Assembly (NCBI GenBank): GCA_001796515.1
Contig: MGMS01000028.1
Location: 4,355 to 68,354, forward strand
Origin: Chloroflexi bacterium RBG_13_51_36
GTDB lineage: Bacteria > Chloroflexota > Dehalococcoidia > GIF9 > AB-539-J10
Reading direction: 5' to 3'
DNA length: 64,000 nucleotides
Shown here: piece by piece, positions 40,219-50,080 of the stretch
Layout of the letters: every line of letters begins with the position of its first letter
Position numbering within the stretch: position 1 is the stretch's first letter
Made by a program: the position numbers and the translations under genes
The notes under the pieces: model-generated
What the model was told of the DNA's origin: nothing
Database searches by the model: none
What the model saw: only the letters and a program-made list of their open reading frames with translations

Positions 40219-41694
40219 TTAGCTCACGGGCAGCCGAAATTTAGCTATTTCACAGATAATATTCCCGGCCCAAGAATAGATATCGTTTTCCTGCACAATT
40301 CCTCGCATTAACGACATCCGCTTCTGTCGTTCTTCTTCAGGCATATTAACCGCGACATCGATAGCCTGAGCTATATCGTCCACAGAATAGGGGTTGATCA
40401 GCAAAGCGTCAGTAAACTCCCGAGCGGCGCCGGCGAATCGGCTCAAGATGAGCACGCCGTCCCCATCAATTCGAGATGAGACGAACTCTTTGGCTACCAG
40501 ATTCATACCGTCATGGAGTGGACTAACAATGCAGAAGTTAGCCAGCCTTTCTAAAGCAATTAGAGTGACGGGAGAAAGATGCTCCTTAATGTAGAGTATG
40601 GGCTTCCAGCGACTTCTCCAGCGGCGCCAATTTATCTCTTCGACCAGTTCATCAACTTCTTCGTTTATTTTCTTGTATTCCTCCACATGGACTCTGCTTG
40701 GTTCAGCAGCCTGCACAAAGGTGAAGCGCCCTTCGTACTGGGGGTTCCTGCTCAGAAACAGGTCGATTGCTTTGAGCCTTTCAGGGATGCCCTTTGTGTA
40801 ATCCACGCGATCAATGCCGACACCGATGAATTCTTGCCTCAAATTATACTCGTGTCTCAGCCTGGCCATTTCTCCAGCCACTTCCTCCCTGCTGGCCCGA
40901 TCCGATATTCCGGCAAAATCAACGCTTATAGGGAAGGCACGCACCGAGGTGCCATGCCCACCTCTAACGATGGCATACTTTTCGCGTTCTATCCTGCATT
41001 CCAGAACGCGGTCGACAGTCTCCAGAAAGTTGTTGCAGTGGTAGAGGGTATGGAACCCTATGAGGTCGTTGGCCAGAAGTCCTTCCAGAATCTCCTCCTT
41101 CCAGGGACAGATCCTGAACGCCTCGTAGTTAGGCCATGGTATGTGCCAAAACTGGGCAGTAATTACGTTGAGGCACCGCTCTTTAATCATTCTCGAGAGC
41201 AGAGCAAGGTGATAATCCTGGATAAAGACAAAGGCAGCTTTATCACCTATCTCGGCGTGTACGGCATCGGCAAATCGCCGGTTGACTTCTTTATAGGTAT
41301 CCCAATCCTTCTGACGGAATATCGGTTTGACATAGACAATGTGACATAGAGGCCAGAGGGCCTGATTAGAGAAACCATCGTAATAACCTGCTTCTTCATC
41401 TTTCGATAGCCAGAGGCGCCGTAGAGTATATCGGGGGGCTTCAACAGGTACCTGGATCTTGCCCTCTTTGTCGACCACATCGGGGTCGGCATCTCCGCTG
41501 CCATGGGCGATCCACGTGCCCCCACAAACTTGCATCACCGGGTCCAGAGCCATGGTGAGCCCGCTAGCCGGACGTAGACATTTTATTTCTTCGCCAACCC
41601 AGCTATGGATATAAGGTTCCCTATTGGAGACTACCACAAACGGGTAATCCTTGAGCTTGTTACGGACCAACCCTTGCAGTTCTTCTTTAATCAT
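40219..41694 (-). CDS. otsA: alpha,alpha-trehalose-phosphate synthase (GT20)
   Basis: GT20 motifs VVVSNREPY and FIQDYHL. Start chosen at MIKEELQG (ATG 41694) by alignment. The listed ORF has a 33-codon extension and neither start has a strong RBS. Confidence 0.85.
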   Translation of the reverse strand: MIKEELQGLVRNKLKDYPFVVVSNREPYIHSWVGEEIKCLRPASGLTMALDPVMQVCGGTWIAHGSGDADPDVVDKEGKIQVPVEAPRYTLRRLWLSKDEEAGYYDGFSNQALWPLCHIVYVKPIFRQKDWDTYKEVNRRFADAVHAEIGDKAAFVFIQDYHLALLSRMIKERCLNVITAQFWHIPWPNYEAFRICPWKEEILEGLLANDLIGFHTLYHCNNFLETVDRVLECRIEREKYAIVRGGHGTSVRAFPISVDFAGISDRASREEVAGEMARLRHEYNLRQEFIGVGIDRVDYTKGIPERLKAIDLFLSRNPQYEGRFTFVQAAEPSRVHVEEYKKINEEVDELVEEINWRRWRSRWKPILYIKEHLSPVTLIALERLANFCIVSPLHDGMNLVAKEFVSSRIDGDGVLILSRFAGAAREFTDALLINPYSVDDIAQAIDVAVNMPEEERQKRMSLMRGIVQENDIYSWAGNIICEIAKFRLPVS

Positions 41695-41808
41695 AATCAA
41701 CTCTAGACACTGGGAGTGGTACTGTATCTTCCTCGCCCATCCGGCGCAATGTGAAGAATGAGGTACCTCCAATGATTTGTCTAATTCTAACAAGCCCTGG
41801 AGACTATC

Positions 41809-43038
41809 TCAAAGATAAATAATGTCTTCTCTACGGCCCAGTGTAAGAAATATCAACATGTAGTCCCGAATTTCTCGAGTAATGAGGAAATGTTGACGGA
41901 CATGCTCCTTGCCATTACGCCCCAGCCAGTGACCATAATCAGGGTTAGCTAGAATCTGCCTTAGGGCATAAGCGGCTCCTTCTATACTGTGACATAGAAG
42001 CCCAGTAAGCTTGTCTTTCACTTGCAGGGGTATGCCACCGACGGCACTTGCTACTACTGGCTTTGCCTTCCACAGAGCCTCGGTTATGGTGAGGGCGAAG
42101 CCTTCTCTCAGGGATTTCTGCATAATTACGGTGGCTGCTCTCTGTAATGCATTGATGTCAACATCACTCCCGGGTGGTATATCCAATATATGGATGTCAG
42201 AGTTGTCTCCAGCCCGTTCTTTTACCTCTTTCAAGACTTCCTCAGACTCCGGGTCATCGGTGGCGGTGCCACCAGCCAGGACTAGCTGGCAGGCAAAATT
42301 CCTCCTTACCAGCTGAAACGCTCGGATCACTCCTAAGGGGTCTTTTAACCGGTCGAAGCGCGAGACCTGAAGAATCAATGGTTTGTCCGCGTCCAAACCA
42401 TATTTGGTCAGTACAGTCTCCAGGGCCTCAGGGGGCAATTCCTTATTCTTTTCGCTCAGAGGATCGATGGATGGCGGAGCGAAAAATTGAGGTATCGGCA
42501 ATTCTTGAGCAAAATTCGGGGAAGAGAAAATTCCCGCATCGTAATTGACTACAAACTGTTTCAGGAAGTTCCATACTCTGTTGTCCGGTTGAGAAATATC
42601 AATATGACATCGCCACACCCAGTCTTTACCAATATCGCTTTTCTTAGTTATCAGAGCTGCCGGCTGGGGGTCATGGATGAACAAGATATCTCCGGAGAAA
42701 TCAATCTGGCTTGCATTCTTTGCCGTCGTTTCCAGAAAAACAGAGAAATCGTCATCCGAGATAGACTCGACTTTACCATGAAGGGCATTATGAAATTTTT
42801 TCGTCACCTTAAAAAACTGTGCCTCACCCGGGATGACCTGCCATCTGACATCGACTCCCAGTTGGTTGAGCAGTGGCACAAGGCGAGATAGTATTTCTGC
42901 CACGCCTCCGCCCACAAAGGTGGAATTAATGTTCAGGATAGTCTTGCCTGACAATCTATTTGCCAGCATTCTTAGCTCTTCAATGTAGTTTTTGCCTACG
43001 ACGGATTCATAATCCTTAATGTTTATTTTGGGATTCAT
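41809..43038 (-). CDS. treT: trehalose glycosyltransferring synthase (TreT-like GT4)
   Basis: Blocks INSTFVGGGVAEIL, HDPQPAAL, WRCHIDIS, PPSIDPLSEKN, QVSRFD and REGFALTITEALWKAKPV match my recollection of archaeal/Thermotoga TreT. This is memory-based and not searched. Confidence 0.75.
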   Translation of the reverse strand: MNPKINIKDYESVVGKNYIEELRMLANRLSGKTILNINSTFVGGGVAEILSRLVPLLNQLGVDVRWQVIPGEAQFFKVTKKFHNALHGKVESISDDDFSVFLETTAKNASQIDFSGDILFIHDPQPAALITKKSDIGKDWVWRCHIDISQPDNRVWNFLKQFVVNYDAGIFSSPNFAQELPIPQFFAPPSIDPLSEKNKELPPEALETVLTKYGLDADKPLILQVSRFDRLKDPLGVIRAFQLVRRNFACQLVLAGGTATDDPESEEVLKEVKERAGDNSDIHILDIPPGSDVDINALQRAATVIMQKSLREGFALTITEALWKAKPVVASAVGGIPLQVKDKLTGLLCHSIEGAAYALRQILANPDYGHWLGRNGKEHVRQHFLITREIRDYMLIFLTLGRREDIIYL

Positions 43039-44402
43039 AGCCTTTTCTCACAAAGCTTAATGATGATTTCTCTGAGATTTTCCATGGTGTAATTGTAAGG
43101 GTCAAGTCGGGTAATTTGCTCCGCCAATTCTTTTTCTTCCAGGCAGTCCTCAAGCCAGAGGGAAAAATCGTTTGTGCCCCGCTGCAGTCTTAATTTGGCC
43201 TCGAAAATATGGAAGTAGAGTGAGCCTATGCTGATTCTCTTTAGTATGCCAACAAATTCCCGCAGGTTATGAGCGACGTATGGAGTAGGCAGGACAATGC
43301 TTATGGACTTGATGAAATGAAATTCGTTGCCCGGTGGTGCCTCACGTTCGTGGGTTATCTGAGCCAAAGAATCTCGAATGACCCCGACAATCATTTGCCT
43401 CAGTGCCCCGATAGTGGGAAATTCAAAGGTATCAATACTTGCTAGCCTTTCAGCTAAGATATCGTAACCCAGGGCATCTTGTACCCATAAAGCAAAATCA
43501 TTGGTTGGCTCAGGAGTAAGAAATTGGTATTCCTCAACAAAATTATGGGTGTGGTAATAGACCACTGCATCAGGAACCTCATTTAATCTGCTGACCAACT
43601 GGGACAAATTGCGGGCGTTCAGGCCAGTCAATTCCTTCAGATGAAGTCTGGTGGAAAATTGAAACGGCTCCTTGGCCACTTTGGGTTGTTTTCCATAATT
43701 GACGATAGTAGTCTGCATTAATCTGGTATTAGGGATGATGATTATACTGCCATCCAGGGTTTTTATCTGGGTATTTCTCCAGGTTATCTCCTCCACGCGA
43801 CCTTCCTCCCCAGATTCCAGTCTAATACAATCACCGGCCTTGATTTGCTTCTGTTGTGTTAATTGAAGCCCGGAAACCAAGCTGGGGAAAATGTCACGAA
43901 GGGCTAGAATGGCAATTACTATGACCGCAATTGCAGCGATAAGGATGGGTGTCGTAGGCAATCTCCAAAGTTCCAAAAGGATCAGGATACCGATCACTAT
44001 AATCGCTACCTGAATAATGCTCGTAGTGACCGTGATTGCCCTTTGAGGGACTTTTGCCTTATTCAGATAAAGCTGGACGAGATCCCTGCCCAGGCGGATC
44101 AAAATCCAGCCAAGGTGAGCGATGAAAATGCTGGCCAGGATTTTGCCACCGTCGCTCTTCCATCGTGGCGTGAGGACTGAAACCTGAATAGCAATGTAAG
44201 CGCCTAGTATTAAGAGCCAGTGGAGAAATGGTCCTCTGGTGACTGAAATGATGATTTTGCCAACTTCACTCTTTCTTTCCTTCAGCCAGCGCTCGAGGGC
44301 ATTATAGGCGATCCGTCTGAGCCACAAGGAAACAAACAAGACGCCGAGAAAAACCAACACCGGCACCGCTATGTTTGCTCTTACCCAGTCCATAACGTCC
44401 AT
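43035..44402 (-). CDS. MscS-family mechanosensitive channel with a ~200-aa C-terminal extension made of two tandem copies of an uncharacterised domain
   Basis: N-terminal TM helices, an MscS beta-domain (IKAGDCIRLESGEEGRVEEITWRNTQIKTLDGSIIIIPN), then two ~85-aa repeats sharing the pattern NL+E...Y[FY]H...NDF[AS]LW[VL].D.L...LAE. ATGA overlap with treT. Confidence 0.8.
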   Translation of the reverse strand: MDVMDWVRANIAVPVLVFLGVLFVSLWLRRIAYNALERWLKERKSEVGKIIISVTRGPFLHWLLILGAYIAIQVSVLTPRWKSDGGKILASIFIAHLGWILIRLGRDLVQLYLNKAKVPQRAITVTTSIIQVAIIVIGILILLELWRLPTTPILIAAIAVIVIAILALRDIFPSLVSGLQLTQQKQIKAGDCIRLESGEEGRVEEITWRNTQIKTLDGSIIIIPNTRLMQTTIVNYGKQPKVAKEPFQFSTRLHLKELTGLNARNLSQLVSRLNEVPDAVVYYHTHNFVEEYQFLTPEPTNDFALWVQDALGYDILAERLASIDTFEFPTIGALRQMIVGVIRDSLAQITHEREAPPGNEFHFIKSISIVLPTPYVAHNLREFVGILKRISIGSLYFHIFEAKLRLQRGTNDFSLWLEDCLEEKELAEQITRLDPYNYTMENLREIIIKLCEKRL

Positions 44403-44434
44403 AGCCCTCTATAATGTCTCCCCCAGTCTGTCAG

Positions 44435-45862
44435 TCACTGCAGCTGCTGAACCCTGGACATCGTCCGCGCTCGTAGATAGATTTCTTGGTATTTCCTGGC
44501 CGAAGTTCTCCAGGAGAAATCTAGCTTCATGTTATGTCTCATCAAGTTTTTCCAGTCCATCTGGTGGTAGAAGCTTTCCTCGGCTCTTTTTATCGCCTCC
44601 TGCATTTCGGAGGCGGTGAAATCTTGAAACACAAAGCCGTTTCCGTTTCCGTCAGTCAAATCCTTCACTGTGTCAGCCAGCCCTCCGGTATGTCGTACCA
44701 CAGGAATGGCACCGTAGCGCATGGCGATTAACTGACCCAATCCGCAAGGTTCAAAGCGCGAGGGCATCAGGAATATGTCGCATCCGCCGTATATGAGGCG
44801 AGCTAATCGTTCATCCCTGGCAACGAACACCGAGATACGGTCGCGGTATTTTAGTGCTGCCTCGCCAAGCAATCTATGGTAGTGCTCCCTTCCCTCACCA
44901 AGAATAACCAATTGGGCTCTTGTTTGTGCAATAAGTCGGTCAATGGACTGAAGTATTAGGTCAATCCCCTTCTGCTCTTCGAGACGAGACACCATGCCAA
45001 TCAGAGGGATGTCAGGGTTCTGTGGCAGCCCAGCTTTTTTTTGCAGGGCAAGTTTGTTCCCAACTCTTCTTTCTACTGTAGAGGAATCGTAGTTTCTTTC
45101 CAGGTAGAGGTCGGTAGCTGGGTTGTACTCATCACTGTCAATGCCATTGATTATGCCGAAAAGTTCCTTGCTACGATAGTCTAATAGGTGCTCCAGGCCC
45201 ACACCATATTGCGGCGTCAGTATCTCTGAGGCGTAAGTAGGACTGACTGTGGTCAGTATGTCAGCAAGAAGAATTCCCTGGCTCATGAAGTTTAGGGATG
45301 GTTCGGGAGAACTAGGCGAGATAGATTTCTGCCACACGGAAGAGAGTCCAGACTCTAGGAAAAACTGCTGGTCAAAGGAGCCCTGATAAGCCAGGTTGTG
45401 AATGGTAAATATGGAAGGCACCTTCATCTTTGCTTTCTTGAGCCACAAAGGGATCAGTGCAGTATGCCAATCATGGCAGTGAATAATATCTGGATGAAGG
45501 CCGGCCTGGGAGATGAGGGCCGGGACGGTCAGTGAAAAAAAGAGAAAACGTTCTAAGTCGTCACGTGTATAGATCTCCTTGGTTCCAAAGTAATGGTCGT
45601 TTTCCACCAGATATACAGGTATCCTCTTTTTTAAGCTGGTTACTTTCAGGGAAACTGGTTCGTAGTTTCCCATGAAATTGACAGTAATATTCCCCTTCGG
45701 AACGTTCTGGGCAGGCACTGTAATGTCACTGTACCTGGGCAACATCAAGTGAAGCTCATGTCCTAAATCATGGAGAGCTATGGCAAGAGAGCTTGTGACA
45801 TCTGCGAGTCCACCTACCTTAGCTAAAGGGAAGGCCTCAGCGGCAACGAACAGGACCTTCAT
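44435..45862 (-). CDS. glgA: glycogen synthase (GT5)
   Basis: MKVLFVAAEAFPLAKVGGLADV (KxGGL motif) and a GT-B fold. Confidence 0.9.
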   Translation of the reverse strand: MKVLFVAAEAFPLAKVGGLADVTSSLAIALHDLGHELHLMLPRYSDITVPAQNVPKGNITVNFMGNYEPVSLKVTSLKKRIPVYLVENDHYFGTKEIYTRDDLERFLFFSLTVPALISQAGLHPDIIHCHDWHTALIPLWLKKAKMKVPSIFTIHNLAYQGSFDQQFFLESGLSSVWQKSISPSSPEPSLNFMSQGILLADILTTVSPTYASEILTPQYGVGLEHLLDYRSKELFGIINGIDSDEYNPATDLYLERNYDSSTVERRVGNKLALQKKAGLPQNPDIPLIGMVSRLEEQKGIDLILQSIDRLIAQTRAQLVILGEGREHYHRLLGEAALKYRDRISVFVARDERLARLIYGGCDIFLMPSRFEPCGLGQLIAMRYGAIPVVRHTGGLADTVKDLTDGNGNGFVFQDFTASEMQEAIKRAEESFYHQMDWKNLMRHNMKLDFSWRTSARKYQEIYLRARTMSRVQQLQ

Positions 45863-45870
45863 CGTTGGGG

Positions 45871-47145
45871 TCAGGCTCTGAGAACCTCTTTGCCTCCTAC
45901 GGAACTACCACTGGGAATGGAGAGTGTAGAGAAATCACTCTCCTTTACCCCAGGGTCAATCTTGCAGTTTCGCCCGACTCTCAATCCCTGGGGTAGCCTT
46001 GCTGCGATGCCAATTACGGTGATGCCGGAATTTAAATAATCGGGTTCGTCCTTGTTGGGAGTATAGTCCTCGCCGCAGCCAATCCAACATCCGGAGCCAA
46101 TGTAGCATTCTTTATCAATGATTGAGCGCTGCACAACGGCGCCTTGAGCGATAGTAGTATCATGAAAAATTATAGAGTCAATCACATGGGCTCCCTCCTC
46201 CACGTATACATGAGGGGAAAGGACGGAACTAACCACGCTGCCGTTTATGATACAGCCATTACTGACGAGGCTTCTGTTAATCTGAGCCCTAGGTCCCACT
46301 TTTACAGGGGGCATATCTACGGAAAGCGTTTTCACCCCGCTCTCAGGATCATAGAGATTAAACGGCGGCAAATCGACAACCAGGTCCATATTGGCTTGCC
46401 AGTATGCTTCAACTGTGCCGACATCGCGCCAGTAGCCTTCATACTTATAGCCATAAATCTGGTATCTGTCTATTGCATCCGGTATGACCTCGCTGCCAAA
46501 ATCCTGCAAGCCGCGCTGATGGGCTTCTTCCAGAACGTTGAAGAGGATATCCTTGTTGAAAACGTAAATGCCCATAGAAGCCAGGTTGCTTTTTGGCTGT
46601 GATGGTTTCTCTTCAAAGGCAACTACCTTCTTATTGCCATCGAGAAGCATAATGCCAAACCGATTTGTTTCGTACCAGGGCACTTCAGTTACCCCAATAG
46701 TAATAGCGGCTCCCTGTTGGCGGTGAAACTTAATCATCTCTTCGTAGTGCATGGTATAGACATGGTCTCCCGAGAGGACGAGAACTTCATCAACGCGGCT
46801 ATCTGTTATGAATTGCAGGTTGTGATAAACAGCGTTGGCGGTGCCTTTGTACCAGTGCATCTCCCCATTGGTGCTTACGAAGGGGTAGAGCAGAGTGATT
46901 CCTCCCGCTACACGATCGAGGTCCCATGGTTTGCCGACGCCGATATGGCGTGCTAATGAGCGAGGGTTATATTGGGGTATGACAGCTACTGTGTTGATCC
47001 CGGAGTTAATACAATTGCTCAAAACAAAGTCAATTATTCGGTATTTGCCGCCGAAGGGGACAGCTGGCTTAGCGCGGTCGTGGGCCAACACACTCAGTCT
47101 TTTCCCTTCTCCGCCGGCAAGGACTACCGCCAATACCTTTTTCAT
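45871..47145 (-). CDS. glgC: glucose-1-phosphate adenylyltransferase
   Basis: [23 protein letters not shown] and a C-terminal left-handed beta-helix. Confidence 0.9.
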   Translation of the reverse strand: MKKVLAVVLAGGEGKRLSVLAHDRAKPAVPFGGKYRIIDFVLSNCINSGINTVAVIPQYNPRSLARHIGVGKPWDLDRVAGGITLLYPFVSTNGEMHWYKGTANAVYHNLQFITDSRVDEVLVLSGDHVYTMHYEEMIKFHRQQGAAITIGVTEVPWYETNRFGIMLLDGNKKVVAFEEKPSQPKSNLASMGIYVFNKDILFNVLEEAHQRGLQDFGSEVIPDAIDRYQIYGYKYEGYWRDVGTVEAYWQANMDLVVDLPPFNLYDPESGVKTLSVDMPPVKVGPRAQINRSLVSNGCIINGSVVSSVLSPHVYVEEGAHVIDSIIFHDTTIAQGAVVQRSIIDKECYIGSGCWIGCGEDYTPNKDEPDYLNSGITVIGIAARLPQGLRVGRNCKIDPGVKESDFSTLSIPSGSSVGGKEVLRA

Positions 47146-47253
47146 TTACGTTTTGCCTGACCCAGCCAAATCGTAACAGCCTCGTAATTATTGTAGCGGT
47201 TCGGAGTTGGTATGTCTAATTCTACTCGAAATGGTCTCAGGTCGTGGCCAATT

Positions 47254-49455
47254 CTACTTACGGGCTGCCGGTATATACATTTGCTCGACATATTCCTTCA
47301 ACATGCGCCGTGTGCAGAAGCGCGGCACAATCGAGTTAATTGCCTCTTTCACCATATGTACCCAACCGTGGGGTAGCCCATTTCTGTCTCGTTGGTAGTA
47401 GAGAGGCACAATTTGCTCTTCCAGAAGACGGTAGAGCGCCTCGGCATCCGATTTATCTTCCAGCATCGGGTCATATGCATCGACCTCATCTCCGATGGCC
47501 CAGCCATTAAGGCCATTATAGCCTTCGTACCACCAGCCATCTCGAACGCTGAGATGGAGGACACCATTCACCGTGGCTTTCATTCCGCTGGTGCCGCAAG
47601 CTTCATAAAGGCGGCGAGGCGTATTTAACCACACGTCTACCCCCTGAACTAGGTAGTGAGCCATATGTATATCGTAGTCTTCAACGAACGCTATTCGCCC
47701 CTGGAATTCACGGTTCGTGGCTAGACCGTATACATCGCGCAACAGTTGCTTTGAAGGAAGATCCGCCGGGTGAGACTTGCCGGCGAAGATTATCTGGACT
47801 GGATGCCATCTATCTGTGACAATACGTTTGAGATGTTCTATGTCATGGAAGATTAGCTCTGGCCGCTTATATGCTGCAAAACGGCGGCCAAAGCCAATGG
47901 TCAGAGTATCTTGATCAAGCAAAGAGCCCATGACCAGCACCTGCCTGGCTTTGCATTCACGTTCAGTGGAACATTGGCGAGCTCGCTCTACCATGGCGCC
48001 GATGAGTTTACGCTTGAGAATTTGATGCACCGCCCAGAGTTCCTCGTCGGGGATATTTAGCACAAGCTCTCGGAGGCCGATGTCATCATATCTTTCTGAG
48101 ACATCTTGGCCCAGGTGTTTCTCGTAAAGGCGGCCCATCTCGCGCGCAACCCAGGTGGGTACATGAATTCCATTGGTGATGTAAGAGATCGGCACTTCGT
48201 CTTCTTTAACTTCTGGCCAGAGCGCATGCCACATCCTGTGAGTAACTTTTTCGTGAAGCTGGCTGACGGCATTGCGATGGTCAGCCAGCCTTAAGGCGAG
48301 CACCGTCATATTGAAGTTCTGATCGGATGGCCCATCCTGTCGTCCCAGCTCCAGGAATGTTTCCCGATTGATTCCCAGGGACTCCCAATAACTGTAGAGG
48401 TATTTATCTACAAGTGATAGGGGGAAGACTTCATGCCCTGCAGCGACTTTAGTATGGGTGGTGAAAACTGTAGCTGTCTGCACTTTTCGGAGGGCTTCGG
48501 GGAAGGTGGAACCTTTCTCTACCTCTTCCCGGACACGTTCCAGCATCATAAAGGCGCAATGTCCTTCGTTAGCATGCCATACGGAGGGTTTGATGCCCAG
48601 AGCTCGCAAGGCACGGACCCCACCAACTCCCAGCACGATTTCTTGCTGGATACGTTGCTCTTGGTCAGCGGTATAGAGACGAGCACAGAGTTGTCGCTCC
48701 TGAGGCATATTGCCTTCAACATCAGAACATAGCAGATAAAGGTTGTCCCGACCCAAGCGCACCTGCCATACCCCGATATAGAATGGCGTGTCACTCAGGT
48801 TAAGCTGAATCAGCGGGCCGCACCACTTAGAACGAGGGACTGGATTGATTGGGGTGATTGGCGCTTCATCAAAATCCAATTGTCCATAGACCTCTTCCTG
48901 CGAGCCCTCAGCGGAGATACGCTGATGGAAATACCCCTGCGGGTACATGAAGCCGACCCCGACGAGCGGCAGTCCCAGGTCACTGGCCTCCTTACAGATG
49001 TCGCCGGCTAGAACTCCCAACCCTCCGGCATATATGGGAAGGGAATTATGTATGGCAAACTCCATGGAAAAGTAGGCAACAGGGCCGTCTAAAACGTTGG
49101 GATGCTTGGTAGAAAACCAGCTGTGTTTGTCTGACATGTCGGCATCGAAGGCTGATATTACGGAATCATATAGATTGAGAAAAACAGGGTCAGTGGCAGC
49201 AGCCTCGAACTTATCAGTGCTGATTTCCCGTAATTGTTTGACCGGGTTGTGTCCACTCAGCCTCCATAGTGGATAGTCCAGGACACGGAACAGCTCACGC
49301 GCCTTGGGATGCCAGCTCCACCATAGATTATTGGCTAGCTCTTCCAGTCGGCCTATTCGTTCCGGTAACTTCAATTCTGATAACATGTTCTCTAAGATAT
49401 GTTGTTTAGACGCTCGCTTGGTATCCGTCACCAACCGTGAGGCAGGTTTTGCCAA
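47254..49455 (-). CDS. glgP: alpha-glucan phosphorylase (GT35, GlgP/maltodextrin phosphorylase-related short type)
   Basis: 733 aa. WWSWHP N-terminal motif of the short alpha-glucan phosphorylase family plus PLP-site regions. TTG start. Confidence 0.9.
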   Translation of the reverse strand: MAKPASRLVTDTKRASKQHILENMLSELKLPERIGRLEELANNLWWSWHPKARELFRVLDYPLWRLSGHNPVKQLREISTDKFEAAATDPVFLNLYDSVISAFDADMSDKHSWFSTKHPNVLDGPVAYFSMEFAIHNSLPIYAGGLGVLAGDICKEASDLGLPLVGVGFMYPQGYFHQRISAEGSQEEVYGQLDFDEAPITPINPVPRSKWCGPLIQLNLSDTPFYIGVWQVRLGRDNLYLLCSDVEGNMPQERQLCARLYTADQEQRIQQEIVLGVGGVRALRALGIKPSVWHANEGHCAFMMLERVREEVEKGSTFPEALRKVQTATVFTTHTKVAAGHEVFPLSLVDKYLYSYWESLGINRETFLELGRQDGPSDQNFNMTVLALRLADHRNAVSQLHEKVTHRMWHALWPEVKEDEVPISYITNGIHVPTWVAREMGRLYEKHLGQDVSERYDDIGLRELVLNIPDEELWAVHQILKRKLIGAMVERARQCSTERECKARQVLVMGSLLDQDTLTIGFGRRFAAYKRPELIFHDIEHLKRIVTDRWHPVQIIFAGKSHPADLPSKQLLRDVYGLATNREFQGRIAFVEDYDIHMAHYLVQGVDVWLNTPRRLYEACGTSGMKATVNGVLHLSVRDGWWYEGYNGLNGWAIGDEVDAYDPMLEDKSDAEALYRLLEEQIVPLYYQRDRNGLPHGWVHMVKEAINSIVPRFCTRRMLKEYVEQMYIPAARK

Positions 49456-49583
49456 TTGTTTCCAGTTGGTCGGCTATTATAACAGAACACTGGCTGGGTC
49501 ATCATGCGGGCAGACAACCTTGTTCCTGTGAGCTAGGAGACGGATTATCCCACATGTCCGACTGTCTACAGTCGTGTCCGATC

Positions 49584-49610
49584 CTGACTCAGCCGTGGTT
49601 ATGATATAAT
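49584..49610 (+). promoter_or_regulatory. putative extended -10 promoter for the standalone domain gene
   Basis: CTGACT (-35-like) at 49584-89, a 15-nt spacer, TGaTATAAT at 49602-49610, then a GGGAGG ribosome-binding site at 49628-33 and ATG at 49643. Confidence 0.4.
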
Positions 49611-49642
49611 GCAAACAAGTATCAACTGGGAGGTGTGTGAAC

Positions 49643-49954
49643 ATGGTCAGGATTATCAAGATTAGCCACGAGGAGGCAAAGAGACGTTTAGAAGATGTGC
49701 CGGATGGTAAACGCTTCTGGTGTCATGATGGTAAGGTTATTAGAAATCTCAAAGAGCTCAGTAAGGCTTTGAATGATATGAGTGACGAAACCTTCCATTA
49801 TCATTTGAGCGGGGCGAGAAACGATTTCAGCAAGTGGATTAGAGAAGTGGTGGGAGATGATAAACTGGCAGAGGACTTCAGTAAAACCAAATCTCGTACG
49901 CAGGCCAGCCAGGTAGTGGCAACGAGCATTTCCTTCCTTCAGCGTAAGATGTAG
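49643..49954 (+). CDS. hypothetical 103-aa protein consisting of one copy of the MscS-C-terminal repeat domain
   Basis: RNLKELSKALNDMSDETFHYH...NDFSKWIREVVGDDKLAED matches the motif of both MscS C-terminal repeats. ATG 49643 is preferred over the listed GTG 49637 because of RBS spacing. Confidence 0.6.
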   Translation: MVRIIKISHEEAKRRLEDVPDGKRFWCHDGKVIRNLKELSKALNDMSDETFHYHLSGARNDFSKWIREVVGDDKLAEDFSKTKSRTQASQVVATSISFLQRKM

Positions 49955-50080
49955 GGGAGTCGTGAGGCTTCCTCAGAGATGCACCGTATCGGGGACCTAA
50001 ACTAGGCTGGGAATTATCACACTTCGCTCTCTGAGTGTTTGGTATCACTGTCCAGGGTAGGGAGAATTGTTCTTCTACCA

